64,000 bases of DNA from an uncultured Acidimicrobiales bacterium (GTDB lineage Bacteria; Actinomycetota; Acidimicrobiia; Acidimicrobiales; SZUA-35), in assembly GCA_963751955.1 (NCBI GenBank), contig CAVVWM010000014.1, positions 8,680 to 72,679 on the forward strand, written 5' to 3'. Numbering within the stretch: position 1 is the first letter of the stretch; every line of letters begins with the position of its first letter. Shown here piece after piece: positions 10,665-20,368 of this stretch. The notes under the pieces were generated by a model, which was not told the origin of the DNA, did no database searches, and saw nothing but the letters and a program-made list of their open reading frames with translations. Both the position numbers and the translations under genes were made by a program.

Positions 10665-10738
10665 GGCGACGTAGCTCAGCTGGTGAGAGTGCTCGACTCA
10701 TAATCGAGAGGTCGTGGGTTCGAGTCCCACCGTCGCTA
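10665..10738 (+). tRNA. tRNA-Met (anticodon CAT), elongator-type
   Basis: Cloverleaf: ggcgacg/cgtcgct acceptor (G1-U72 wobble), ctcga-ctCATaa-tcgag anticodon arm, gtggg-ttcgagt-cccac T arm. There is no GGG/CCC run in the anticodon stem, so it is not initiator-like. Confidence 0.85.
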
Positions 10739-10824
10739 CTGCTCATCGCACCCCTTTGGGGGTGTGGTGGCAACCCGCAGAAACCCGTCGACCGACGGAT
10801 CTCAACAAGGAGACTCCCGCCCCA

Positions 10825-12012
10825 ATGGCAAAGGAAAAATTTCAGCGTACGAAACCGCATGTGAATGTGGGGACTATGGGTCATATAGACCATGGGAAGA
10901 CCACGTTGACGGCTGCGATTACCAAGGTGTTGGCTGAGCGTGTTGCGGGTAACACTGCGACTGAGTTCGCGAACATCGACAAGGCTCCTGAGGAGCGTGA
11001 GCGTGGGATCACGATCAATGTGTCTCATGTTGAGTACGAAACCGAGAAACGGCATTACGCGCATGTTGATATGCCTGGGCATGCTGATTACATCAAGAAC
11101 ATGATTACTGGTGCTGCTCAGGTTGATGGGGCAATCCTGGTTGTGTCTGCTGCTGATGGTCCGATGCCCCAGACCCGCGAGCACGTGTTGTTGGCTCGTC
11201 AGGTGGGTGTTCCCGCGATTGTGGTTGCTTTGAACAAGGCGGACATGGTTGATGACGAGGAGCTTCTGGAACTGGTGGAATTGGAGGCTCGTGAGTTGTT
11301 GACCGAGTACGAGTTCCCTGGTGATGATGTGCCGGTTGTGCATGTGTCGGCGTTGAAAGCGTTGGAGGGTGACGCTGATGCTGCTGAAAAGATCATGGAG
11401 TTGATGGATCAGGTTGATACCTATATTCCTGAGCCCGAGCGTGAGTTGGATAAGCCGTTCTTGATGCCGATCGAGGATGTGTTCTCTATCACTGGTCGCG
11501 GCACCGTTGTGACCGGCAAGGTCGAGCAAGGGATTGTCAATACCGGTGACTCGTTGGAGATCATCGGTATCCGGGACACTCAAAAGACCACCTGTACCGG
11601 TGTGGAGATGTTCCGTAAACTGTTGGATCAGGGTCAGGCTGGGGACAACATTGGTGCCCTGTTGCGTGGCATCGGAAAAGATCAGGTGCAGCGTGGCCAG
11701 GTGCTGGCTGCCCCCGGTTCGATCACTCCTCATACCGAGTTCGAGGCACAGGTGTATGTGTTGACCAAGGACGAGGGCGGCCGCCATAAGCCGTTCTTTG
11801 CTAACTACAGGCCACAGTTCTATTTCCGGACTACCGACATCACCGGTGCTGTCACACTGCCAGCCGGCACCGAAATGTGTATGCCCGGGGATAACACCGA
11901 AATGACAGTCGAACTGATCAACCCGATCGCCATGGACGAAGGCCTCCGGTTCGCAATCCGCGAAGGCGGACGCACCGTAGGCGCCGGCCGAGTCACCAAA
12001 ATCCTCAAATAG
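10825..12012 (+). CDS. tuf: Elongation factor Tu
   Basis: [31 protein letters not shown].., 395 aa, with aaggag about 11 nt upstream of ATG 10825. Confidence 0.97.
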   Translation: MAKEKFQRTKPHVNVGTMGHIDHGKTTLTAAITKVLAERVAGNTATEFANIDKAPEERERGITINVSHVEYETEKRHYAHVDMPGHADYIKNMITGAAQVDGAILVVSAADGPMPQTREHVLLARQVGVPAIVVALNKADMVDDEELLELVELEARELLTEYEFPGDDVPVVHVSALKALEGDADAAEKIMELMDQVDTYIPEPERELDKPFLMPIEDVFSITGRGTVVTGKVEQGIVNTGDSLEIIGIRDTQKTTCTGVEMFRKLLDQGQAGDNIGALLRGIGKDQVQRGQVLAAPGSITPHTEFEAQVYVLTKDEGGRHKPFFANYRPQFYFRTTDITGAVTLPAGTEMCMPGDNTEMTVELINPIAMDEGLRFAIREGGRTVGAGRVTKILK

Positions 12013-12204
12013 TTCCCTCCTGCAGGCTCGTGCCTGTGCCGAGGTCGACCCCGGCGGTGGCCGCGCCGGTGGTCTGCGAATCATGACCGGGGCCGCCGGA
12101 TTTGGCTTCGATGCGAGCATCCCGGGCGAGTACTTGATCATCATTTCGAGCGAGGTCAGCTCTTCGTAGGAATTGACGGTGGTCGGAACGGGGTAGATTC
12201 TTCG

Positions 12205-12981
12205 ATGGCTCCAACGATCTTTGGTCGCTTTTTCTCACCGGGTAAGCGTGCGCGGGTGAGTGGAAAGCCGACCTCGTCCAACGGCGCATCCAGTTTTCAT
12301 CTGTTCTGGGATGTTCCGCCGGAACCACTTCGAGCTGTCGCCGTCACGCTGACGGTCCTCGAACCTCCGGCCACACCGGACCTCTATTTCTGGGCGTTGC
12401 AGGCGTCGTTTCTGGACGCTGATCGGCGCAAAGGCGCAGCGCATCTCGGACTTCAACACCATCCGGGCTACCCGGGGTCAACAGCGGCGAACTGGGGTGG
12501 TTATGACAGCGATGGGCAGGAACTCGACGGCCAATTGCTCCTGTCCTCGTCGTTGAGCAATCCCAACACGTGCGACTTTCCGTGGGTCGCCGGCGTTAGC
12601 TACCGGCTCCGAATCGAGCCTTCGCCCGACAACGGTTGGCGCGGGAGCATCACCGATCTTTCGACTAGCTCTGAGATTGTGCTCCGCGACCTCAACGGGG
12701 GCGGATCAGCGCTTGGCAGCCCCATGGTATGGAGCGAAGTGTTCGCGGACTGCGGTGCCCCCTCAACAGCAGTTCGGTGGAGCGAACCCACTGTTGAGAC
12801 CGTGTCGGGGTACCTCATCCGGGTCACCTCCGCACGCGTGAACTATCAATCCGAGGCCGCCGGTGGGTGCTCGAACACGACAGCTGCAGCGCTCGATTCA
12901 GGTGTGCTTCAGCGCACGTCATCGGATCGTGTAGTCCCACCCAACACATTTGTGAGTTTCTACGACGATCAGGATCGCTGA
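12205..12981 (+). CDS. Hypothetical protein
   Basis: 258-aa ORF with plausible composition and no family I can name. Confidence 0.4.
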   Translation: MAPTIFGRFFSPGKRARVSGKPTSSNGASSFHLFWDVPPEPLRAVAVTLTVLEPPATPDLYFWALQASFLDADRRKGAAHLGLQHHPGYPGSTAANWGGYDSDGQELDGQLLLSSSLSNPNTCDFPWVAGVSYRLRIEPSPDNGWRGSITDLSTSSEIVLRDLNGGGSALGSPMVWSEVFADCGAPSTAVRWSEPTVETVSGYLIRVTSARVNYQSEAAGGCSNTTAAALDSGVLQRTSSDRVVPPNTFVSFYDDQDR

Positions 12982-13032
12982 CCCATGCTGGGGTAGCTGT
13001 CCCAAGAAAGTGCTTGTCGGCGTGAAGTACCC

Positions 13033-14478
13033 TTGTCGGTCGAAGGCGATGCGGTAGGTGGAGATCTTGGTCGAGACAAGTGCTGGGAAGAGAACGTGCT
13101 GACGGGCGCACTCATGCTGCTCGCGCTCGCAGGTGCTGGAATCGCTATCTGGCAGGCGAGGCTCCTGATCAACCGGCCCCCGCTCGGGATCCTTTGGTTG
13201 GTTGTGTTGGCACCCTTCGACGGTGTTTTGGTCCTGTTCGATCTGCCCGGATTCATCGCCGGGTGGAAAGAGGGACTTGTGCTCGGAGTCTTCCTTCTCT
13301 CCTTCCTCCAGAGAGACCGCTACGAGCGGCCACCTCTACCGCGCTGGCTTGTCCCTGCCATGACGCTGCTCGGCTTCTCCGTTCTATCGTCACTGTCCGA
13401 TCCGTCGTTCGGGTCGCTCCTAGGCCTCAAGGTCGGGTTCTACTACTTGCTTGTCCCGTGGGCCCTTTGGTGGGTGCCATTCAATGCGGTCGAACGAGAT
13501 CGACTCGTATCTGTCCTCATGGGCGTGGGCGCCGTGGTGGCGCTCCTTGGGATCGCCCAACAGATCGTTGGTGCTCCAGCTCTGGTGTCGCTGGGGTATG
13601 AGTACAACGAAACGGTCCGGTTCGCGTCTGGGATCCTGCGGTCGTTCTCCACCTTCAACCAACCGTTTGCGTTTGCGTTCTTCGTCATGACCGTTCTGCT
13701 TGTCGGGATTCCCGTCGCACTTGATGAGCGCCGCCGCCGCCGCAACGTGATCTTCATGGCGTTCGTCCCGATTCTGCTGATTGGTATGGCGTCGGCAGTC
13801 GTGCGGGCGGCGTTCCTCGGCCTCGGGTTTGGTGGTTTGTGGCTTGCCGCCCACCGTTATCGATTCGTGGGACACGTGCTTGTTCCTGTGGCAATCGCCC
13901 TCATGCTCCTGCCTGCAGGTGTTGCAGCGGCAACGTTCTCTTCCACCAGCCTCCTGCAACGGACCACAGGGTGGACTGAGGCACTCTTGGAAGAGGGTGT
14001 CGAGCCCTTTGGTAGAGGTGTCGGTTCGGTTGGCGCCGTTGCCGAGCGGCTCGAGTCCGATCTGTCAGCGGCAGATACTGTGTTCCCATCTCCAACTGAT
14101 GGAGAGCGCTATCAGCCCGACAACTACTACGTGAAGACCTTGATTGAGCTTGGGCCCATTGGTCTCTGGCTACTTGTAAGCACTATGGGATTGGCGGTGA
14201 TCGCAGCTCGCTCAAAGAGCATTTGGGCTGTTGACCGCCGCGATGCAAGCCTCGCCGCCGGTATCACAGCAGCAACGATTGCTGCCATTGCTACTGCACT
14301 GGTGAGCGCGTACTGGGAGATATTTCCGTCTGACCTACTTTTCTGGCTTTTGTTGGGAGTCCTGCCATCGATCACGTCTACTTCAACGCTGTTGCCCTCG
14401 TCCCATCCGGAAGCGGAGTCCAGACCTATGCTCGGGAACTCATCTCGGCTCTCGCAACCGGCTCCGACATTGACATGA
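13033..14478 (+). CDS. O-antigen ligase/polymerase-like (Wzy_C-type) polytopic membrane protein
   Basis: About 10 or more hydrophobic helices with a larger loop region, typical of O-antigen ligase family proteins. The start is uncertain. The last approximately 40 codons (SITSTSTLLPSSHPEAES..) look like out-of-frame sequence (see findings). Confidence 0.6.
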   Translation: MSVEGDAVGGDLGRDKCWEENVLTGALMLLALAGAGIAIWQARLLINRPPLGILWLVVLAPFDGVLVLFDLPGFIAGWKEGLVLGVFLLSFLQRDRYERPPLPRWLVPAMTLLGFSVLSSLSDPSFGSLLGLKVGFYYLLVPWALWWVPFNAVERDRLVSVLMGVGAVVALLGIAQQIVGAPALVSLGYEYNETVRFASGILRSFSTFNQPFAFAFFVMTVLLVGIPVALDERRRRRNVIFMAFVPILLIGMASAVVRAAFLGLGFGGLWLAAHRYRFVGHVLVPVAIALMLLPAGVAAATFSSTSLLQRTTGWTEALLEEGVEPFGRGVGSVGAVAERLESDLSAADTVFPSPTDGERYQPDNYYVKTLIELGPIGLWLLVSTMGLAVIAARSKSIWAVDRRDASLAAGITAATIAAIATALVSAYWEIFPSDLLFWLLLGVLPSITSTSTLLPSSHPEAESRPMLGNSSRLSQPAPTLT

Positions 14479-15446
14479 GCGCCCGTGTCCAGGAACGGAG
14501 CGTCACCCTGCTTCCCCAACGAGTTCAACGCCACGTGGTGCCTAACAGCGACGGCGTCCGGCGAGCCGTACAAGGCCTGAAGCCGATCGAGCGGAGCGTT
14601 CCTCACGATCACACGGTTGTGCATGGGCTCGATGTTGATCTCCCACTCGGTCGCTCCAGGCCCACGGTTGCGACCGTTCATGATCTCTCCGTGTTCGATG
14701 TCCCATGGACCTTCGACGGACTTCGGTCGCGGGGGGAGCGGGCTCTGCTCTCGTTCCATCTGAAGCGCGCCGATGCGCTGATCTCTGTGAGCAACTTCAC
14801 CGCCGAGCGATTGATGGACCGGTTCGGACTCGAATCCACCGTCGTTCACATCGCACCCTCCACCGAAGTCGTAGGACCAACCGAGGCCCAGGTCGGTTCA
14901 GTTCGGAGCCGGTTTCAGCTCCCGGATCGATTCGTGTTGTTCGTCGGCACGGTCGAACCACGTAAGGATGTTGCGGCACTTGCCGACGCATGCCGACGGA
15001 TCGGGATCCCGCTCGTTGTGGCGGGTCGTCGGATGAGCTCAGTGCCAAACGAAGAGGGCGTTCGATTCCTCGGCTATGTCGACACTGCGGATCTCGCCCC
15101 GCTGATGGTCGCCTCTACTGCGGTGAGCTATCCGTCGGTCTATGAGGGTTTCGGCTTGCCGCCTCTCGAAGCGCTTCAGGTTGGAGCGGTGAGCGTCGCA
15201 ACTTCGGTGGGGGCGTTACCCGAGGTCCTTGGCTCCTACGGTTATCCGTTGGTTCCCGCCAGCGACCCTGGTGCCCTCGCGGAACTGCTTGGCGACGTTG
15301 TCGGCGATGACATCCTCCGCGGGGCCATGCTCGCAGCCGGCCGAGATGCGCTGAGCCATCTCAGCTGGGAACGGGTGGCGAGCGAAACCATGCAGGTCTA
15401 CGCCGGAGTTGCATCGTCGACGGTCGAGGGAGGCAACAATGGCTAG
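14475..15446 (+). CDS. GT4-family glycosyltransferase (true 5' end probably upstream of first start codon)
   Basis: C-terminal GT-B motif YPSVYEGFGLPPLEALQVGAVSVATSVGALPEVLG. ATG 14475 overlaps the upstream stop (ATGA). However, the same frame is open back to 14334 and encodes a typical GT4 N-terminus (AIDHVYFNAVALVPSGSGVQTYARELISALA) with no ATG/GTG/TTG. Confidence 0.75.
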   Translation: MSARVQERSVTLLPQRVQRHVVPNSDGVRRAVQGLKPIERSVPHDHTVVHGLDVDLPLGRSRPTVATVHDLSVFDVPWTFDGLRSRGERALLSFHLKRADALISVSNFTAERLMDRFGLESTVVHIAPSTEVVGPTEAQVGSVRSRFQLPDRFVLFVGTVEPRKDVAALADACRRIGIPLVVAGRRMSSVPNEEGVRFLGYVDTADLAPLMVASTAVSYPSVYEGFGLPPLEALQVGAVSVATSVGALPEVLGSYGYPLVPASDPGALAELLGDVVGDDILRGAMLAAGRDALSHLSWERVASETMQVYAGVASSTVEGGNNG

Positions 15447-16548
15447 AGGAGCCGGGCAAGCCAGCAAGAACTTGGTGGTCGATGTCATCACAGAGCCATC
15501 GGCCGCTCGCCGGCTGGAACAGGAATGGAATGCTCTTGCGGTGTTGTGCGAGGCCCAGCCCTTTGGGTTGCCTGCGCTTGCTCTCCGGTGGTGGGAGCAC
15601 CTCGGGAAGGGACAACTTCGGATCGCCACGGTGCGGCATGGCGACGGTAGGTTGGTTGGACTTGCGCCGCTGTATGAACGATCCCGTGTCGGCGTTCGCA
15701 CGACTCGTTTTCTTGGATACGGGTTGGGGGCAATCGGTAGCCTGCTTTCGGTGCCGAGTCGGGCCAATGTGGACGGTGCGCTGTGGGAGGCGGTGCTCGG
15801 CGACGAGCGATCGACGCTGGTGCTCAATGACTACCAGTCCCACGCCGCTGGCTTCGACATGCTGCGTCGTTCGGACCGTTGGGCGTTCCGTGCCGAGCTG
15901 AGCGATGAGTGCCCGATCACCGACCTCGCCGAGTTCCCCGGTACCGACGTACTGCTCAAGGATCCATTGAAGTCTGGTGTGCGGAAGAAGTTGGCCCACG
16001 CTCGTCGAAACGCAGCGACCGAGCAGGTCACAGTCACGGTCGTTCAGAATCCTGGCGAGGTGCAGGTGGCGATGGACCGTGTCGGGCCTCTTTACGATCG
16101 AGCCGAGGACTTGAACCCGCGGCTGCATCTCGATCAGGCTCCGTACAGGCAGTTCTTCCGGGCCGCCCTCAGCGCCCTCGCTGATCGAGATCAGGTGGCG
16201 GTACTAACTCTCGACATCAACGGCGAACCTGCCGCGTTCGACGTGTATGTTCTCGTCGGTACGGTTGCCTACGCGATTCTCGGTCGCTACGACCCTCGCT
16301 GTGCCGACTTCTCACCCGGGCTGCTGCTCATGGATCGCGGCGTGCAGTGGGCTGTGGACCAGGGCATCCGCCGGATCGACTGGCAGCTTGGAGCCGACCC
16401 TTACAAGCTGCGTTGGTCGACCGATACCTACGACACATTCAACATCATGGCCGGGCACCCGGCGCGAACCAGGGCAGCTCGGCCGGTAATATCGGTGGCC
16501 GAGGTTGCCTACGACCTGAAGGAGCGAGCTACATCGTGGCGGACCTGA
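15439..16548 (+). CDS. CelD/BcsL-like (FemAB/GNAT-fold) acyltransferase
   Basis: MARGAGQASKNLVVDVITEPSAARRLEQEWNALA.. resembles cellulose-biosynthesis CelD-like acetyltransferases. gggagg lies 5 nt upstream of ATG 15439. Overlaps the preceding GT4 by 8 nt. Confidence 0.6.
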   Translation: MARGAGQASKNLVVDVITEPSAARRLEQEWNALAVLCEAQPFGLPALALRWWEHLGKGQLRIATVRHGDGRLVGLAPLYERSRVGVRTTRFLGYGLGAIGSLLSVPSRANVDGALWEAVLGDERSTLVLNDYQSHAAGFDMLRRSDRWAFRAELSDECPITDLAEFPGTDVLLKDPLKSGVRKKLAHARRNAATEQVTVTVVQNPGEVQVAMDRVGPLYDRAEDLNPRLHLDQAPYRQFFRAALSALADRDQVAVLTLDINGEPAAFDVYVLVGTVAYAILGRYDPRCADFSPGLLLMDRGVQWAVDQGIRRIDWQLGADPYKLRWSTDTYDTFNIMAGHPARTRAARPVISVAEVAYDLKERATSWRT

Positions 16549-17393
16549 TTCACCTTCCCACAACCATCCGTTCGCTTGCGGATTTCCAGAACGGCTTCGC
16601 TGTCCAGCACACGTTGGCCGAGCTTGAACTGCTGAACCCCGCTGGGGTACAGGATCTGGCCGATCGGCTCCCGCCGGGAAGTGCGGAGCCCGGTCGGAGT
16701 GGGTTGGTTGCCGAGGGAGGGCTGGGGTACATACGCGGTCCTATGACCGACGCCGGCCCGGCGGTGCGCGCCCTCCCGGGCAAGAACGCCTCGGTATATC
16801 TGTACAACGTCGAGCAAGACCCCGAGTATGGCCACCTCATCAGTCGCATCCTCGGTGAGGTGTCACACAAACTGGGGATGGCCGACAGCGACATCAAAAC
16901 TCACGAGGGCTACGTCTTTCTCACCGGGGGCGCTGCCACCACTTCGGTGCACGTTGACCACGAATACAACTTTCTCCTGGTCGTCAGAGGCCACAAACGT
17001 GTCTTCATAGCTGACGTACCCAGCGAAGAGGGTGAACGGGCTCTCGAGTCCATGCACAGCGGTGGGTACGGGACATGTGACTCGATTCCTACCTCGGGAA
17101 CAATGTTCGAGATCGGATCTGGTGAGGGCGTTTTTATTCCACCGCGAGCAGCCCACTACGTAGAGAACGGTCCCGGGCCCTGCGCTGCTCTGTCGGTGGT
17201 CTTCTCCACTGCAGAACTCGAGGCTGAGGCCAAGATGTACCGAACCAATGCGTTGCTGCGCAGAGTTGGGTTCGACCCAAAGAGTCCCGGTGTTTCCCCC
17301 AAGTTCGATCAGGGCAAGCGTTTGTTTGCCGATGTTGCGATGACAATCCGACGAGCTGGGCGAGCCATCACCAATCTTCGCACGGCCAATTGA
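16536..17393 (+). CDS. JmjC/cupin-type Fe(II)/2-oxoglutarate oxygenase-like protein
   Basis: HxD...H triad candidates (SVHVDHEY ... PPRAAHYVEN) in a cupin-like context. I chose GTG 16536 (aaggag upstream, overlaps the CelD-like stop) rather than the ORF-track start at 16347. Confidence 0.55.
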   Translation: MADLIHLPTTIRSLADFQNGFAVQHTLAELELLNPAGVQDLADRLPPGSAEPGRSGLVAEGGLGYIRGPMTDAGPAVRALPGKNASVYLYNVEQDPEYGHLISRILGEVSHKLGMADSDIKTHEGYVFLTGGAATTSVHVDHEYNFLLVVRGHKRVFIADVPSEEGERALESMHSGGYGTCDSIPTSGTMFEIGSGEGVFIPPRAAHYVENGPGPCAALSVVFSTAELEAEAKMYRTNALLRRVGFDPKSPGVSPKFDQGKRLFADVAMTIRRAGRAITNLRTAN

Positions 17394-18469
17394 TGGGTTC
17401 TCCGAGCGCCTTGGACTGAAACTCGTCTACAGCGGTAGCCGCGAGTTTTGGTGCTCCGTCAGAGGCGAACAGTCCAAAGTTGTCTTCGATGTCCTCAGGG
17501 TCGCCGTCGACTCGATCTCGAAGGTTGTACAGGAACAGTACCTCGATCCAATCGGTCTGATTCGCGCAACCCAGAGCGTCTGAGACCAGCCGCTCCTGCG
17601 TAGGCTGCGACACCGCTCGAGATGCGGTCCCGGTCGGTGCCCCGTACTCAGTTATCCAGAGCGGCATGAACTCGCCGGTCGACTCCGTGGCGAAGGCTTG
17701 GATCTGGGGAAGACGCCCAAAAAGATTCCACGACTTGGACGTGTCACCGGGCGAAGCCGGGTAGCTGTAGGGATGTATGCCGATCGCATCAATTGTTCCA
17801 GGCTCAATTGAGGCAAGAAAGCCCTCCAGGAACGTCTCGGGTGAGAGCTCCTCCCCGCGAGTCGTCGACTGCGGGCGCGAGGCCCCCGCTGATGATCTGA
17901 GCGCTGGGATCGATGCCTCTGATCGATCTGGAGGCCGTGGTCACGAGCGCAGCGAACTTCTGTGGATTCGGACCCGAGGATGCCGACCAGAACGAAGCCA
18001 CGTTGGGTTCGTTCCATATCTCCCAGGATTTGACCCCCCGGTCGCTGTATCTCTGGGCCGCAGTGGCCACAAATGCTCCGAAGTCGGTTGGGTTGGTGGG
18101 GGGATGTTTGTCGGTTGTGCCCGGCGGTCGTGCCCACCTGGGCGTATACGCGACGAGGGCGTGGACGGCGATATTGCGGGACTCGGCGGCCTCCACGATG
18201 CGATCGAGATCCGACCAGTCGTAGTCGCCCGCTGATCGTTCAATCCTCGACCAATCGAAGTCCAGGCGAAGATGCGTGAGATTCAGGTCGCTCATTCGGT
18301 CGAGGTCATCGGCGAGTGTCTCTGGGTCGAGATCCAGAATTCGCGAGCCGGGCGACATGCCCAGTTCCATTTGGTTCTTTGGGGCCTGTGGAACTTCTGG
18401 TCTGTTCAGGGAAAGGACGCCAATGACTGTCAAGAGGATGATGATGGCAATCAACTGAAGGCGCTTCAT
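17368..18469 (-). CDS. Clan GH-A glycoside hydrolase (GH5/GH39-like), signal-anchored; one frame break at the C-run 17853-17856
   Basis: N-terminal anchor MKRLQLIAIIILLTVIGVL, acid/base motif WEIWNEPN, nucleophile motif LWITEYG. The two ORFs (17804..18469 and 17368..17667) are bridged by the in-frame peptide EELSPETFLEGFLASIEPGTIDAIGIHPYSYP once one base of the gggg run is removed. Confidence 0.75.
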
Positions 18470-20368
18470 CCCGACGACAAATCACCAACGGTGGCCAGCT
18501 GGTGATCGGGCCAGGATCGCTGTGGACGAAGAAGGTGGTACAGGAACCGTGCCGGAGACGAGTGAGCACCCATGGTCAATCGAGGAAGGCGGAGATTGTC
18601 GACCCCGCCGGTGGCACGGCCATTCAGGAACGTGCACGCTGAGGTATATCCGGCGTCTACGACTGCGGCGCGAACCGACGGATCGTGGTGCCCGCTGGGA
18701 TAGGCCATGGCTTGGACCCGGCGATCGGTCAGCTCCTCCAGGGCGAGTCTTGAGCGACGCAGCTCATCGTCAACCTCGCAGTTCTCGAGGGCTACGAGAG
18801 AACGGTGGGTGGCCGTGTGGGAGCCGAGAGAATGGCCGGCTGCTACGGCCGAGCGCAGTTCCTCCGAGGTCATCGTCCTCTCGGCACCGGGCCAAAAGGC
18901 TGGCGGCTCTCCGGGGTGGTCGGTGGGAACGAAGATCGTGGAGCAGATTCCGGCGTCGTTGAGGACGGGGAGCCCCACACGGGAAACCCCGGCCAGCGCG
19001 TCGTCAAAAGTGACAGCGAGAAGTCCGCCGGGGTCCTCCCCGGATGAGACGAGCTGAGCCATGAAAGAAACATCAACGACCCGCAGCCGGAGTGCTCGGA
19101 CAAGGCGGAGGTGTGATCGAAGTTGAGATTCGGTCACGGTGAACTCGTCGATACCGGGCTTCAGCGGCGTGTGGTCTTCCACCACGTTGTGGTAGGCGAG
19201 GATGACCCCACCCCTCGGGGTGAATTTCATCGCCGTATTTCCCCGGTGGTTTTGTGCCGCAATGGCCTGTTCGAACACGTCGGTGAGCGCCTCGATAGCC
19301 ACGGCCATATCGTACCGTTCCTCGAAACGACGGCGTGCTGCGGCCCCCATCCTGCGACGCAGGTTCTCGTCGTCCATGAGGGTCTGAATGGCTGCTTGGA
19401 GCGCCTTGCTGTCATTGGCTTCGATGAGAAACCCGGTCTCGCCGTGCGCAACCATCTCGCCGACGGCGCCAGTGTTGACTGCAACCACGGGCAAGCCGGC
19501 TGCCATCGCCTCGAGCACGGCATTTGGTGCTTGATCGATCGAGGAGGGAAACGCGAATATCGAGCAACGTCCGAGTAAGTCCCATAGGCGGTTGTCGCCC
19601 TGTTCGAGGTCGGAGACAACCGAGATGTTTTCTGCCGCGTCCATGGGTTCAGTGGTGACGATGAGCAACTGAGCCGGCCCCGAGAGTTGCGAAAACGCTT
19701 CGAGGAGCACTTCGCCACCCTTGGCCTTGAATTGACGGCCGATGAAGCCGATCGTTGGTGCATCGGTCCTGCCAACACCGGTGGTGGGAGAAGGAATGCT
19801 CCACGAAATTCCAAACGGAATTGTCCTGAGTTTGTCGGGTCCGACTGCGTACTCGGTCGACAGCGATTCACGCGCCCAGCTCGAGTTGGCGACGACGACT
19901 GTGCTGGCGTGTAATGCTCGCCGTTCGATCGGCTTTGGTAAGGGCGACGGTTAGCCGCGTGAATCGGGTAGGCATTCGCTGAGGGATGCGATAGGCGTTG
20001 TGGACATTGGTGGTATCCGTGCTGATCACCATCGGTGTCTCGGGTGTCAGGAGGAGAGCGGCGTTCTGGGTGTATACGTGAAGAGCGTCGTAGGTTCCGC
20101 GGCGATGGCGAACGGCGCGTCTCACCCAGTAGCTGAGAGCGAGCTGGGCACGCAGCGGCTGGAGGTCGAGATCGAGGCGAGCGAGCCCGGGAATCCGCGC
20201 ACCAATCAGGCGCCTCAAGAGGCCCGGCTCGGGAACGTCGAGGAACGTTGCGTCGATACGTGGATGATCGCGAAGACCAGCCCTCAGGTGGTTGTGTACG
20301 GTCGCATGTCCGCCAATGTTCTCGTTGACGAACAGCACTCGGATTCTGGCTACTGACTGATCGGTCAT
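18466..20368 (-). CDS. Bifunctional GT4 glycosyltransferase / NodB-type polysaccharide deacetylase (frame break between 19871 and 19950)
   Basis: ORF 19868..20368 is the GT4 N-domain. The 18466..19710 frame is open upstream to about 19950 (KPIERRALHASTVVVANSSWARESL..GFIGRQFKAKGGEVLLEAF). It continues through the GT4 C-domain (AFPSSIDQAPNAVLEAMAAGLPVV) into a NodB-like domain (VTFDDALAGV..GSHTATH). ATGA overlaps occur at both ends (20365-20368 and 18466-18469). Confidence 0.75.

Noticed and set aside
10507-12144. 545-aa minus-strand ORF
   Set aside because: It is antisense to tuf and the two tRNAs. Its Arg/His/Leu-rich composition is typical of high-GC antisense frames, and tuf is unambiguous on the plus strand.
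14127-14849. 240-aa minus-strand ORF across the ligase/GT4 junction
   Set aside because: It is antisense to two plus-strand genes with clear family motifs and has no motifs of its own.
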